Below, piece after piece: positions 1 to 12,869 of a stretch of 64,000 nucleotides of DNA. Location: the NCBI GenBank assembly GCA_965637545.1, contig OZ281496.1, positions 31,434,001 to 31,498,000 on the forward strand. The letters are read 5' to 3'. Under the pieces are notes generated by a model, which made no database searches, was not told the DNA's origin, and saw only the letters and a program-made list of their open reading frames with translations. The stretch's first letter is position 1, and every line of letters begins with the position of its first letter. Made by a program: the position numbers and the translations under genes. This stretch comes from Phallusia mammillata (lineage: Eukaryota).

Positions 1-605
1 CGCGTCATTCGGCGTTTTCTGTATCGAGGCTTGAATCAAGACGGCGGGCTCGGAAACGATTAAAAAGTCAAAACACGAAACGTCAAAGTTTTGTCTGTTG
101 CCGGTTGATGTGGCTTGCATGAGTTGACACTTTGTGAGCAGTTTCATTAAAAAAAGTTGGAACATGTTGGTGTGCCGTATGTTCGATCTTAAAAAAGTAT
201 TCGGACAAAACTTTAGGAGGGCCTAAAATATGCTCCAAAATCTCTTCCGAGATTCACCAACGTGAAATTGCGGTGCAAATATTAAACACAGACTAAAACC
301 CAGCCCGAATATCATTAATAAGCTGTTGCTGTCATGCATATATTTCCAGAAGCAATTGTTCACATGGGATTTTCATAACAAACTAACCGGCGTAACAGCG
401 TAATATTTTGGTCCATTAAATTGTTACAAATAACGACACAGATGCGAAAATACACAGACTATTGGATGCTACAGTTTCGCAGAATCGCAAGCTTCATTGT
501 GGTACATTTTAATGAATTGTTCATGTTATTCTCTTTGGATGCCGCTTCTTTAAGGTAATTTAGGATATTTGATAAATCAAGGCAGATCCGTCGGTCACCA
601 CCCTG

Positions 606-3600
606 TTACAGAGGCTGATTCTTGTAGTCTGTTATGACATTTTTACTTAATCTGTGTTTTGTATTCAAAACAACCGCATTTTCAAGAGTTTGAAAAGGCA
701 GGACACTATTTTTTTTACTTTTCAACCTTAAGACCTTTGTTACCTTTTTTTCTGTGGAGGTCAGTTACGGGTTTAGTAGCCACAAAAGGGAAAATTTATG
801 TAGAGTTGGTTCTGGTTTGCGCTAAAAATTGCCACCAGCAATTATTAACGTATGTATATAGCCACTTGTAACAATTACACCCGCTCGATGCAAGCAACAT
901 TAACTGGCGGTTGGTCAAGTACCGAACCTGTTAGTGGTAATCAAATTGCGCTGTACGTTTTCATGTGACGCTGTTTTTATCATTAATTACTTAGACACTC
1001 TGCTAGTTCGTCTCTGATATTTCGCACAACAGCATAGACATCGTATGTGACACATTGTTACGTCATATCCTGTATGATTGTGACGTATGTAACGTATGTG
1101 CTGCCCATCACTTAATATTGAACCGATTTAGAAATTAAGCGCGTCTAATTCTTTCGTTAGATCATGAATTGTGGTTCTGTTAATTCAATAACATTTGAAA
1201 TTGAGTCCATGCAAGTTATTATTTTCCCGTGCAAACCAAGTTAAGTGATGTTCCTTTTGAGGTCAAATACAGGGGCGCGCAATCGTTTCGTTATTGTCGG
1301 TCGCGTTTAAGGTTTTTCCCAGCCCTGTAAAGATTTATTCTAGCCCTCAAAAATCGGTGTATGGACATGAGAACATGTTTTACAGAGTGCAACCGTCATG
1401 TCGTGTTTTAAGGCTCAATTGCAAAACGCGGGGGTGTATGTATGACAATGTTGCATTTTTTTCTTGTAACTGTGTTTAACTGACTGAAAATTAATTTTAA
1501 ATACTCCTGTGTTTTCAGTTTAAAGTGCAGTGCAAAAAATTTCAGTTGTTTGCAACTTAAATAAGGTTCCAAACTACTCAGCTTAACACACTTACAGTGA
1601 TGACATAAACAACTTACTGATGGTGCAGTTTGTCCCACTGTAACCTCTTGGGCACATGCATTTGTATTCGTTAAGCCGATTATCACAACTTCCTCCGTTC
1701 TGGCAAGGTTGCGGGGCGCACTCGTCGATATCTTCATGAAATAAGTTGTGATGTTAATTTAATGCATGACTGTGTAGAACAGTGGTTCTCAACCAGGGCC
1801 CATCACCCTCCAGGGAGGGGGGGGGGGGGGCATAGGTGTCAGCTGACTATAAACACCCAACAAAAATTAGTGAGCCATTTTCTTTGTTAAGGTCAGAATT
1901 AAGTGTGTGTTGCAAATGATTTCATTTCCTATAATTTAATCGACTATTTTGTCCATATTGAGGTTTATTTTTAGCAAAAACATTATCCGGATAGATTATG
2001 GACTTTACATATATTTTTGGAAGGGGGCACGGGTCTTACGGGGTTACTTATAGGGGGCCACGAGACCCGTACAAATGAGGAGGTTTGAAAATGGTTTGGC
2101 TTTACAAAAAGGGCAATTTCAAATATTTTATAGTTTAACATAAAGTGGATTTGCAAGGGTCATAATTCCATAAAATGTATTTTTTAAAACATGTTAGGCC
2201 TTTTATAACGTGGGTTCACTGAAGTCTTGCTTAAAATAGATCGGCCAGCAGATTTTAAAGTTTAGCCCTGAGCATCAAAAAGGTCGTTGTGTAACATTGT
2301 GCGGACATGTAGCTAATATATTTTCAGTTGATTTTGTGAGGCGGATATTAGGAGAAATTCCCCTGTGATCAAGGTATTTTACGCGGGACGTTGTCATCCT
2401 TTGAATTAATGCTCGGCCCGTTGAACCACTTGTCGGGAAGGCCTTAGGTAAGCGAAAATTAGAGGAACTTTTTTGTATGTCAGTTCAAGCTGCTTTTTAC
2501 AGGACCTTACTTCTTCTAGAAAACGGTCACAGCGCATACCTTCCTGTGTTTTGGAAACAACTTAGTGCGACCAATGTCTTTTACCAGCTGCACTGATGAT
2601 ACCTTACAGGTCTAAAGAGTGTGCACTGTCTGCAGCTTATCACTTATTGGCTTGATGCCTTTTCATTGAACGTGTAATGTTTTAGTGTGAAACAGGCTGG
2701 ATTTAGTTTCATGGTACACACCTTGGCTACAGTTCTTCCCCGTCCAGCCCGGCACACAAGCACATTCGTACGAAGTGTCGGTTCCGTTGCTACAGTTGCC
2801 CTGGTTTTGACACGGTTTGGTGAAACACTGGCCGATATCTGCATGAGAAACAACAGTTGTTAATAAAAAGCATTCACGTTAAGTAAGCTGCAGACAGTGC
2901 ACACTGTTTTAACCTATAAGGTATAGATGGCTACACTGGCCAATACGGTCGTTATCTTGTCACCAGCTGCACTAGTGAGATCCTTATCGGTCGAAATAGT
3001 GTGCACTGTCTGCGGTGTACTTGATATTTACTTAATAGAGGTAATGCAATTGCCAGAAGAGCTCTATAAACTTGATACTATACCTGGTAGCAACTGCTTA
3101 TATTCACTAAATATTTGTTTAAGTGTAAAAATTGGCAACTCGTTTGTCCAAATCTCATTGCATACAACGTTGCAACAAAACAGGTTTAACCAAACAAGTG
3201 TGTTTTACTAAACTGTTTTTAAGCGATTTTTACTAAAAATCTGTCGAAAGCGGATTCCAGCGTTTTGTTTAAAACTATAGTGCGCTGGATCACGTCTAAA
3301 AATAAAGACGTGTTTATAAAGCATAAAATACACATAAGTGGTATAATAATAAGTTTTAAATGACATAAGTTTTCGCTTACATTCTGTGCAGTTCCGTCCT
3401 CTGTAGCCGAAATGACAAGTGCAGTTGTAATCGTCCACCAAATCAGTGCAAGTTCCATTCTGACACGGGTTGATGGCACAGTCGTCGATGTCTGATGAGA
3501 ACAACATACAAAGGATTACAATAAAAATTAAACCCATTTTATACAATTATAATTTGGGACACACTCCGTTCCCAGTATTTTAATTTTGTGATATAACCTT

Positions 3601-6600
3601 CAACAACATACAGTGCTTAACAAATCAAAAATGGTTTAAACATAGCGAACTTGCTAACACTTTGGGACTCTATACACGAATTTGTACATTAGTTCAATGA
3701 CTATTTGTACATTAGTTTAATGACAAGGGCCCAAATAGACGTAAAAAGCAAAACGGGTGTAACTGATATGGCCTTCATATCACTGATGATGACACGAGCA
3801 TTTACTGAAACGTTTGAATAGTAAAGCATATCGCTTTTCACGTCTATTTTCGGCCGTTATCTCTTTAAACTTGTAACTTTAAACCGTTAAAAAAGTTAAA
3901 AAAAACACGAAAGTAATTCTCTGCACTGTAAGCCAGGGTTTAATTCGGTCAATACTTGCGTTTTGTCGATTTGGGCCGTTATTTTTACCATTAAACTTGT
4001 AATTAAGTAAGTTTAAAGCGTTTATAGAACACGGAAGCAATTCTCTGCACAGGGTTAAATTTGGTTGATACTTAAACGACGAATTTCTTGAAACTCATAA
4101 CGACTTACTCTCTTCACAATTTCCTCCTCTATAGCCTGGGTGACACGAGCAGTAGAATTGATTGATTCCTTGTGAGCAATTTCCGTATACACACGTGTGG
4201 TTCTTGCACTCGTCCGCTGCAAAGCACAGAAACCGATCGGTTAATTCGGATGAAACTTCTGTTGACCGTCGATACACCTGACATGTGCACCTTATGCTGT
4301 CTGTGACGTTATAATGGAATAACAATGCCCAGCGCGCGGTACCGCTTTGTGTGAGCTCGTTTGGGCCATTGTTACAAGAAAAATGGATATATCTGTGACG
4401 TCGTAATGAAATAACAATGCCCAGCGCGCGGGTTCCGCTTTGAACTGATCGTTTGGATCATCATTACAAGACAATACGTACACTAAGCACTTATTTTGTG
4501 GTACCTGATAACAAGCGCACTTACAAGGCATTGTTACGTAATCTTTTTTTGTGGCACAGGATCTTATGCAACTTTATGTCGGGCTACACACCTACAACGA
4601 CGTCATAACTAACTATTTGTACGTCATAAGGGATGTCAAGTGTTGCGTCATACTTGGCAGTGACGTGTTGAAGATGAATGAGGTCGGTGATGATCCACAA
4701 TCTTCGCTCACGATCCCGTTTCCACTTGATCCGTTGTAATATTCGAGTCCCGGTCGTCTAATGATACGGACTTTTCCTCCGCTCGCTAAAATCAGTTCGC
4801 TCATTGGATTAAATAGTAGGTGGGGGATTTTACAAATGACTAGGAAGCGGTAACTATAATTGTGCCAGGTCATGCTCTGCGTGCTACTGGTAATATGTAA
4901 TCCAGTACTACCTGTTTCATAGTCGGGTCGTTAGAAGTTGCTAGGAAGCGGTTACTGTTATACTTTATATTCATGCGAATGCGTGTTTTTTGTGCCATGC
5001 CACTCTTTTCAAGTTTAATTTCTCCATAGCCCGTTAATGATCTTTACTTTAATTTTATCAAAAAATGTTTGAAATATATAAGCTATCGCTGCCAGGCGTA
5101 ATATCAACTCATCCCTGATTTTTTACCGTGATGAAGGCGACCTGTATAGGACGTCGAAACGTCGCAATTAAAATACATTTGCCAGAAGAGCTCTATAAAC
5201 TTGATACTGTTTGAAAGTGTGTAAGCTTACCATTTCAACTGGATTTAATAGTTAAAAAATCTGTACAATAAAATGCAGCTGCGCCTTTATCAAAAACCGC
5301 CAGCATAATAACAAAACAATCACCGTATTCGCAGGTATTTATGATCTCACAACCTTGCTAATGATGCGACAATACTCTTTATGACGTCACACTCACCATT
5401 GATGACGCCAGCGTGGATAGCAGCAGCACAGATAGAGGATTGGGAGCTGTAGGGACTTTTACCACAGACCTTGTGAGCCTGGCACTGGGGAGGGCAAGTT
5501 AGTGACGTCACTCCGAACTGGGGATCCCCCGTCGTGTTGCAGGTCGCTGGAGAAAATGAAGTGAGTTTTAGAAATTAAGCGTTTTTATTTGATTTGATGT
5601 GTTTAGATTTTGCACATAGAGTAATTGTATACGCTGGCATTGGGATTCAGCCGGTTCGCACCGGTTCTATGGAACCATCTCACGAAATTTTATGAGATCA
5701 GCGAACCGGTTAGCATTTCTGGTTACTGTCAATGGACTTTTTGTGAAAGAACCGGCTAAAAAATATGATTTTTGTGATAAAACCGGCTGAAAAATATGAC
5801 TTTTGTGATAGAACAGGCTTAAAAATATGACTTTTGTGATAGAACCGGCTGACAAAAAGTTGATCCCACCACTGTATATACATATACAACAATCCAACTA
5901 TAGTGAAATACAAAGAAACGTTTAAAACGCCCCTAAATTATTTCATTACAGTTTAAATATAGAACACAAACGTTGATTAAGTAGCCATTGTTATCACCCT
6001 GGCTAATACTTTCAGGTCCTGTAAATCAGGCCAAAAACAATTAATCACTATTAGTGAATAGGGTAGTGATTGTGACAAAACAATGCGTCATCTGTTATAA
6101 CAATGACTACAAGACAAAGCTCGTGTATGTGAATGAATTGTTTCTAAGTTTTATGTAGGGAGTAACGGAATATTACCGCTTTGGGAAAAGGATTTTAATA
6201 TATATTTTTATATTGGATTTTTTATCATTATTCCTGATAAACATTGTTATTATGGGTACCCTTCCCTGAAGGGGACACATATTGATTTTACTCAAAATGT
6301 TTTTGTTTTTTTTCTTTTTTTTTCTTCTACCCGAAGTTTGTCCGACTCGTTTTTCCATCAAATCCTTGATGGATTTGGATGAAATTTACACAGATGGTAG
6401 ATGTAGTTATGTAGATGTGCATCCCACTTTGTTTTGTTGATAACCCCGTTATTTACCCCGTTAGCCCCCTAAAATGGGTGAGTTTTTAAACAGTGTCAGA
6501 ATTGGCTGAAATTTGGATTTCTTGTATAGTATGCCATTTATATGTGTCGATTGTTGTGTTCAACCCTGTAGTCCTAACATTTACCCCACAAGCCCCTAAA

Positions 6601-9600
6601 GTGTAAAACGTATTTGTATGTTACTGGGCACCACAAACGAAAGATTTCTTTGGAGCAATAGTGTTACAAGGGCAACCAGTTGTATGTTGCTCATTAGTGG
6701 GTTGCTTGGTGGTCGTTTTTGCGCCATGGCAGTTAGGGGCCCTATGACGTCAGAAACATTAACGGTTGTTGCTCAAAACACCTCTAGTGGTCGAAATTTT
6801 AAACATTGGCGGATTGGGCTGAAATTTTGCAGTACTATTGATTGAGTCATTGTGGTTTTTATATATTTTTTAGTTTGTGTGTCGAACCCAATTAGTTGCT
6901 CTACCAGCCCCCTAAAATGGGTCAGTTTTTTAAAACATTAAATAGGACATACTTCAAAGAATATCTGGGTTGAATCTAATTTTATAGTTTGTATTCTACA
7001 TAGTATTATTATTTAAGCCCAGTGCCGATCACTGTGTTTTACCTTACATCACCCGACTTTCTCATGGTTATCTCTTGAATTGCATTATTTTTAACTTTGC
7101 ATGTGTGGGGACCCATGAGTTTTTGCCTGCAGAAATGACTAAAGTTATAAAAGACGATGGCTAATATGGGACCCAATACAAAATAAGCATGGGAAATATA
7201 TTTATGTTTTAAAATAGGTTATAGTGTATATGCAAGGGCAATATGTGCTAAGCCACCCTTCTAGTTTTGATAGAATGTTTAGAATATATTGAAACATATG
7301 GGATCTGTTACTTTAACATGAAACTGTTGTAAAAAATGCCCAGTAACAATTACTACTCTTTCCGGCAGATTTTTGTTGTGATATAACTGACGTTTTGATG
7401 TCCCATACGAGACGCTTATCGGAATAATGGCACACTAAGAAACACAAGTATAGGCTACCAAAGCAGGGATAACAAGCCTGTACGGCTACAAACTGGCACC
7501 AATAAACCATTAAACTTAAGGTAATCACATTTGTTAGTTGTGAAACGGTATCTGTAAAGCTGACAGCAAAATAGCAGAAAAAACACTATCTAAATTATTT
7601 TTTCTCCTAAATGTTCACTCATTTGTGCCTCTTACCCATAAACTCACTAAACCCAGTGATGGGATTCAGCCGGTTCGCACCAGTTCTATAGAACTGTCTC
7701 ACGAAATTTTATGAGATCAGCGAACCGGTTAGCATTACTGGTTACTGTCAATGGACTTTTGTAATAGAACTGGCTGACAAAAAATTTGAATCCCACCACT
7801 GCTTAAACCCCACACCCGAGCCCCATAAATCCCCCTTCCAGTTCACCCAATTCACTCACCATCAAACGAATATGTAAGAGTGGCCGAGCAAGTTGTTGAG
7901 TTTATTCCGTACGACAAGTTTCCCACCACATCCGTTACTCCGTGCTTGTAAACCTCGATGATCCCGCCCGAATCTGTGTGACAATAATAATCATCAGGTT
8001 TTCCTTAATCTTATAGCAGTGTTTTTCAACACGTTTTAGTCTATGGACCACCAGTTCAATTAAAAGAATATCGTGGACCAGTATATTGGTCAGTAAGGTC
8101 AAAGAAAGCATCCACAACAAGCATGTTGGCAAAATTTGAAGGAGTGATATAAAACACTTCACATGAAGCTAAACAATAAATATCCAATACCTTGTATAAG
8201 CTTTTTTCTTACTGAACATTTCATAAATTATATGCAACTATTTCCAGTTTACCACCAAACAAAATAACATCATGTGGGCCACCCGAAAAAGCCACCATGG
8301 TCCAACAGTTAAGAACCACTGTCTTATAGCGATTCGCGATCCTTTAGTGACGTCACAATGACCCGATGGCATAGGTGTGGAAAATTTTCGAAATTATATT
8401 ACAATGGTTTGGTAGTATCACCGATTCGACAAACAGAGTGTTGCCGTATTATTTCCAACAGTACAAGGTTTCTAGGCGTTTTCAAGCGAAATATACGATC
8501 GAAATTAGACACAAGCATGATTGTTTACGTCACTAGCGCGTTTGTGCACAATGGTTTGGTGCAATGCAATGTTGTAGGTGGTCAAACAGAAACACTTGTG
8601 TTGATTTACCCGGTAGAAACTGAACAACAAGCATGTTGTACCTTACACCGTAATTAAGCGTTCGCGCGAGCCTATTATTATCACTGCCCAGCCAGTATAG
8701 ATAACGCGCGCCGTGTTTCATTATTGGAAGGAAGTTTATCACATAACGATTCTGCATTGCACGTCACAATTACTCAACACCCGAATTGTGTTCGTGATTT
8801 TCGGAAGCGGAATTTATAAATAACCCAATAATGGTTTCGAAAACTGTTTGTTGTTTCGAAATAAATGTGAATTCTATTGGGTAAAAAAATAAATGTGAAT
8901 TTTGCAGCTCGGAACTAACTAATAAAAAAAATGTAAGAATAATTTTAGGTTGCCGCTTGCGAAATAGACTTAAATTTTATGAAGTCGGTATTTAAAACCT
9001 TGTTGCATGAAAACAATACTGATGCCAAAGCAGCAGTACTTCTATATTAGAATCAGTCAACACAACAGTACTTTAAAACGTGATTTATATTTCGACCTTT
9101 TGGACATCATCAGTCTCTCTGCAAAAAATAAGGGATAGACCCAGAAAAAAAAACGTTAAACAAGTAATAGAGAGATTGTATAAAAACGTCATCCAATCCA
9201 AGGTCGGCAACCTTTTTTGTACACTACGGGCTATTTTTAAAACTGAAATTTTATCGCGGACCGACTTTCAAAAAACTACAAATATTTAGCAATAAAAACG
9301 CCTAAATTAGTTTATCATCCCCGGGATACGTGGGCAAAATGTTTCAAAACATTTAACCTAAACAAATATACGGTACTGCAACGAACTCCTCGCGGACCGG
9401 CGGTTGCCGACCACTGATATAGACAACACCAGCAAATAAGAACATCATTGGCGCGCAGTCACGTGATTTTATCAGCCTATCAGCGACTTACTTGAAATCC
9501 TTCCACCGTGCATGGCTGCTCGGCAGATGGAACCGGAGTAGAACTCACTCCCACAAACGCCCGATTGCTGCGCCCAACAGGTTCCCGGACACGTCACTAC

Positions 9601-11254
9601 GTTAATCGAATGATTGAGCGTCGAGAATGTGACGTCACAAAGGGTACAGTTTGCTGTGGAATAATGAACAATTTAGATTGCGAAGATTAAAGCAAATACT
9701 TTGAAATTAGTAACTGTTGAGTTTTTCGCCCACAAACGGCATTGCTTTTAGTTATTTAACGTTTGTATTATTTGTTCAGGCTAAATGACAAGGGATTTGT
9801 TCAAAGAAATTTAATGGTTTAGGTGATTTTGTCCAAAACGAAATTAACATTGGAAGGCGTTGGTATAGACAAACTTTATATAGTGTCAAGTTTATAGAGC
9901 TCTTATGGCAATTGTATTTTTATTCCGACGTTTCGACGTCCTATACAGGTCGCCTTGAACAGGGTAAATAACACTGAATGCGCTTAGTACAGTGCACGAT
10001 AAACAAACGAGAAAGAATTAAACGCAAACACGTTACAACGAAACGAAAACATATAGTGTGGCTGGCAGCAAAAACGCTTAGCGCAAGAGCTTAGTTCCAA
10101 AACCCGAAGTCTTGTTGAGGAAATTGCCAATAACGAATAAATCCCGGTTCAATTATGTTGTTTATATTATTCAGTTGACAGTTTGCGAAAGAACTTTGTT
10201 GAAATTTACGGGAAAAACGATACAGTTGTTGTCGACAACGAAACATGTCGTGTGCACGTTTGACAAACCAAGCAGCTGTTTGTGTGGTTAGTCATATAAT
10301 TAAAAGAGAGTCAACGGTTTTACTTCATCTGTTAATCATAAAAAAATATACTTTAACAATAAGGTGTCAACACCAAAAGGAAAAATCATCTAAGTTTAGT
10401 CTCAAAAATTGTGTGCAGATGAATATAAACTGATGGTGCGTAATTTATGTTATCCGTACAAAAATCGTGAAATGAAATCTTTTGTTGGTTTTTACCTTGC
10501 AATGATGGCTGGAAACAAAAGGCGCCAAGCAATAAAAGAGAGACGAAGATTTTCATCTTCTCAACTTGTTACGAATTTCCGACAAACAATTTCACAAATT
10601 TTAAAACAACGAAGTCAATTATAAGTTCAAAACCTGAAGTTAATAAAACTCAAATGTTAAAATGTTCGTGCCTGTGAACATCTTTCAATTGGACGACTTG
10701 ATATCTATGAATACAACCATCGAACAAATCCATCTAAAACAGCAATTCTCAACCCGAGCCCAATTAAAAAAAACATCGTAAAGTTACACCGGCAATTTCG
10801 AGAAAGTGATATAATTGACAGTTAACACTTTGGACTAAAATATATCGATTTTAAACGTCCTGTGGAGCACCTAAACATTTATCATGAACCACCATCACAT
10901 ATATTGTTATTTACTACGCAGCTGATCCAGGTTGCTGATTGTTAAATACCTCTACAACCTGATACCAACCACCGTCTCTTCTCTCAACTTGCACCTGACC
11001 AAAGCAAATGCCAGCGTCTAAGTATAATACATTGATTTCAAACGTTCTGTCTGTGGTCCACCTTAAGTCTCATCATCAACCAGCAGTTATGAAAAAACAA
11101 CCTGAGAGTAACTATCGTCTCTTCCCTTCATCTGCAACTGACCACAACAGAGGCCAGCGTCTAAGTACAAGCTCAGCCACCACCAGCACAACAGCAGAGG
11201 CGCGTAAAAAGCTGATCCTTATCACAAGCTTTTTACGCGAGCAGCCAAATCCAT
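606..11254 (-). CDS. Multi-exon gene for a probably secreted protein with two LCCL domains followed by four EGF-like domains
   Basis: Phase-1 exon chain read by hand: 9653-9492 and 7973-7860 (LCCL1: [26 protein letters not shown]); 5546-5397 and 4785-4654 (LCCL2: [38 protein letters not shown]); EGF exons 4216-4109, 3491-3381, 2838-2722 and 1731-1618 ([28 protein letters not shown]). All junctions are GT-AG and frame-consistent. The first exon (about 11254-11143) and last exon (628-606) are tentative. Confidence 0.85.
1780..2087. mobile_element. Degenerate hAT-type MITE, same family as 40950-41295
   Basis: Starts CAGTGGTTCTCAACC and shares internal blocks (TTTAATCGACTATTT, GGGGCCACG) with 40950-41295. 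Right TIR and TSD not found. Confidence 0.6.
2572..2643 (+). ncRNA. Family B hammerhead-ribozyme repeat copy with a mutated core
   Basis: AGCTGCA-CTGATGA-tACC-TTACA-GGTC-tAA-AgAGT-GTGC-ACTGT-C-TGCAGCT. Perfect 7-bp stem I (2586-2592 with 2631-2637) and three substitutions in or next to the core. Confidence 0.7.
2878..3017. repeat. Inverted pair of family B hammerhead repeats
   Basis: 2878-2925 is a minus-strand copy (stem III-GTC-TGCAGCT tail). 2950-3017 is a plus-strand copy (CACCAGCTGCA..GGTCGAAATAGTGTGCACTGTCTGC). Confidence 0.7.
3726..4080 (+). repeat. Family C hammerhead-like foldback repeat followed by a tandem duplication of its tail
   Basis: GGCCCAAATAGACGTAAAAAGC arm, CTGATGA at about 3783, GAAACGTT at about 3807, then the inverted arm GCTTTTCACGTCTATTTTCGGCCGTTAT. 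The tail block TAAACTTGTAA..AATTCTCTGCAC occurs twice. Confidence 0.6.
5070..5208 (+). repeat. Family A Penelope-like 3'-end repeat with a minimal hammerhead (C3 mutated)
   Basis: gTGATGA-A-GGCGACCTGTATAGGACGTC-GAAAC-GTC at 5128-5163, then the tail TTGCCAGAAGAGCTCTATAAACTTGATAC. An inverted piece of the tail lies at 5070-5110. Confidence 0.65.
5634..5874. mobile_element. hAT-like MITE of the CAGTGGTGGGATTC family
   Basis: Right TIR ATCCCACCACTG. Internal AGCGAACCGGTTAGCATT block shared with five other copies. A roughly 31-bp subterminal unit is amplified 3-4 times here. Confidence 0.75.
6248..7266. mobile_element. Possible non-autonomous Helitron/Helentron-related (DINE-1/HINE-like) sequence
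   Basis: Short hairpin CCCTTCCCTGAAGGG near 6260, internal repeat AGCCCCCTAAAATGGG (about 6462 and 6907), and a terminal AAGGG..CCCTT hairpin followed by CTAG-TTTT at about 7250-7266. The classification rests on resemblance only. Confidence 0.35.
7654..7801. mobile_element. hAT-like MITE of the CAGTGGTGGGATTC family
   Basis: TIRs CAGTGATGGGATTC / GAATCCCACCACTG. Flanks ACTAAACC / CTTAAACC (degraded 8-bp TSD). Confidence 0.8.
8017..8321. mobile_element. hAT (Buster-type) MITE
   Basis: TIRs CAGTGTTTTTCAAC / GTTAAGAACCACTG. Perfect 8-bp TSD TCTTATAG. Confidence 0.85.
9199..9416. mobile_element. hAT MITE, inverted copy of the 27475-27709 family
   Basis: Ends CAAGGTCGGCAACC / GGTTGCCGACCACTG. 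The interior matches the reverse complement of 27475-27709. Confidence 0.8.
9885..10010 (-). repeat. Family A Penelope-like repeat with a degenerate hammerhead core
   Basis: Minus strand reads CTGTTCA-A-GGCGACCTGTATAGGACGTC-GAAACGTC-GGAATAAAAATAC. Shares an upstream extension with 35339-35470. Confidence 0.65.
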
Positions 11255-11608
11255 CTGTCGACTTCACCAGCCCAACACTTCCGCCGCGTTCATGCGAATC
11301 ATCTCGCGTTGATTGTAGCGACCTTATGACGTGTCTGACTCGTTGCCAGGGTAACAAGGAAGTGACGTAGGTGCTGTAGAGATTTGTGAGATCGACTCGA
11401 GGCGAGGAAGTCCTTCATTTGTCATCTTCATTGTGTGCTGTGCCCGAAAAGACAAAGGGTCACTGTGATCAAATAAAATTATATTGTAAAAAAACTAATT
11501 ATATCAATCCAAGTGTCATTGAAAAGGACAGTAATTTAAAGTTTTAAACCACTGGTGGTAAAATTACGGATGTAACACTAAGGGCAAACGCCCATTTTAA
11601 CTTTAGAC

Positions 11609-11828
11609 CAGTAGTTCCCAACCTTTATCGACGAATTCCTCTCTTAACAATTCCAAATCATTTTCATTCTTCCCCAATAGATTACATATTAGATGCTAAA
11701 TCATACAAAGATCATTTAAAATTGGGTCTTTTATCAACTTTACTGGTTATATTCCCAAAGCTTAAGTGTCTATTTACGAACCACATGAAAAAATGAAAGG
11801 AAAATCCTCTCCGGTTTGGGAACCACTG
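11609..11828. mobile_element. hAT (Buster-type) MITE
   Basis: TIRs CAGTAGTTCCCAACC / GGTTTGGGAACCACTG. TSD CTTTAGAC / CTCTAGAC. Confidence 0.8.
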
Positions 11829-12869
11829 CTCTAGACGTAGATTGGGTAACGAGTTTGCTTTAACTGCAAAAAAATGTGCTGTTATGATTTTTAAATGAGA
11901 TTATTTTTCACCAACAAATGCAAAGCAATACTACTTAAAAATAGAATCGTCCAGCTAGTTGCTCGGTGCATAAGTACTATAATTAACCTTGCAAATGACT
12001 TATTGTTTTTCGTAAACTTTTTTTTAAATACCAAGGATGGAACTTTATTGTTGTGGTGACGTTACAGCGTAACACACATAGTGGTTAAATATAGTTTGTG
12101 AAACTCGCGCACCAAAAATTTCACTTCCGCCAACTTTCCCTTGTTACATGACAAGAGTTGGTGAAACACGAAACATGTATTTTGTGACACAATGCACGCT
12201 TCTCAACTTTCACGGCAAAAAATATCTGTTTATGGAACATCACCTAAACGGGACAATAGAATTTGCTGTCATCTTTAGGTGGATGTTATATGTAAACAAA
12301 TATTGGCTTGTGTATTTTTACTGCGAAACAAATATGTTTTGAAAATACTTTTTTTAAATTTATTTGCAACGACAAAATTGAAAGTGCGCGACTTGCTAAT
12401 TTGAATTTTTTTCAAAGCCTAAAAGTTGAACACCCACCCAGCCATTTTGGTGCTGCTGAAATTAAATAAAGATTGTTGACCCGTACCACTAAACCCGTTT
12501 GAAGCGACGCCAAAATGAACAACTTATTAAAATCACCTCGAAATATAATTGCAGCAATTAGCAGTTACTGATGCAATGGTTAGGCTGTATGTGCGTGAAA
12601 ATAATTATGTTTTAATTTTATCTGCGATTTCACCAACGCTTGTTTCTCTGTGTTAACTTAATATTTGACGAAGTCTTGTGCTTCATTTTGTCTTAACTTG
12701 AAAAAATAGTCTTGAATTGTTTTTGTGCTATCATATAAATGTATTACAAGTGTTAAAAATGCTTTTACGTTGGACAAGACGTGTTTAAACCAATTAGGGG
12801 CAGCGCACGCCTCCAAAGGCTTGGTTTTGTTTGGCAAACGTAAGTGATTTACAGCTGTTCTATTCACGA

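Noticed and set aside
2380-2545. Exon-like segments between EGF exons ([11 protein letters not shown])
   Set aside because: The phase is incompatible with the flanking phase-1 exons, and the 2722-1731 junction is already frame-consistent.
10245-10700. Short ORFs as a possible transposase relic
   Set aside because: No catalytic motif or TIR recognised.
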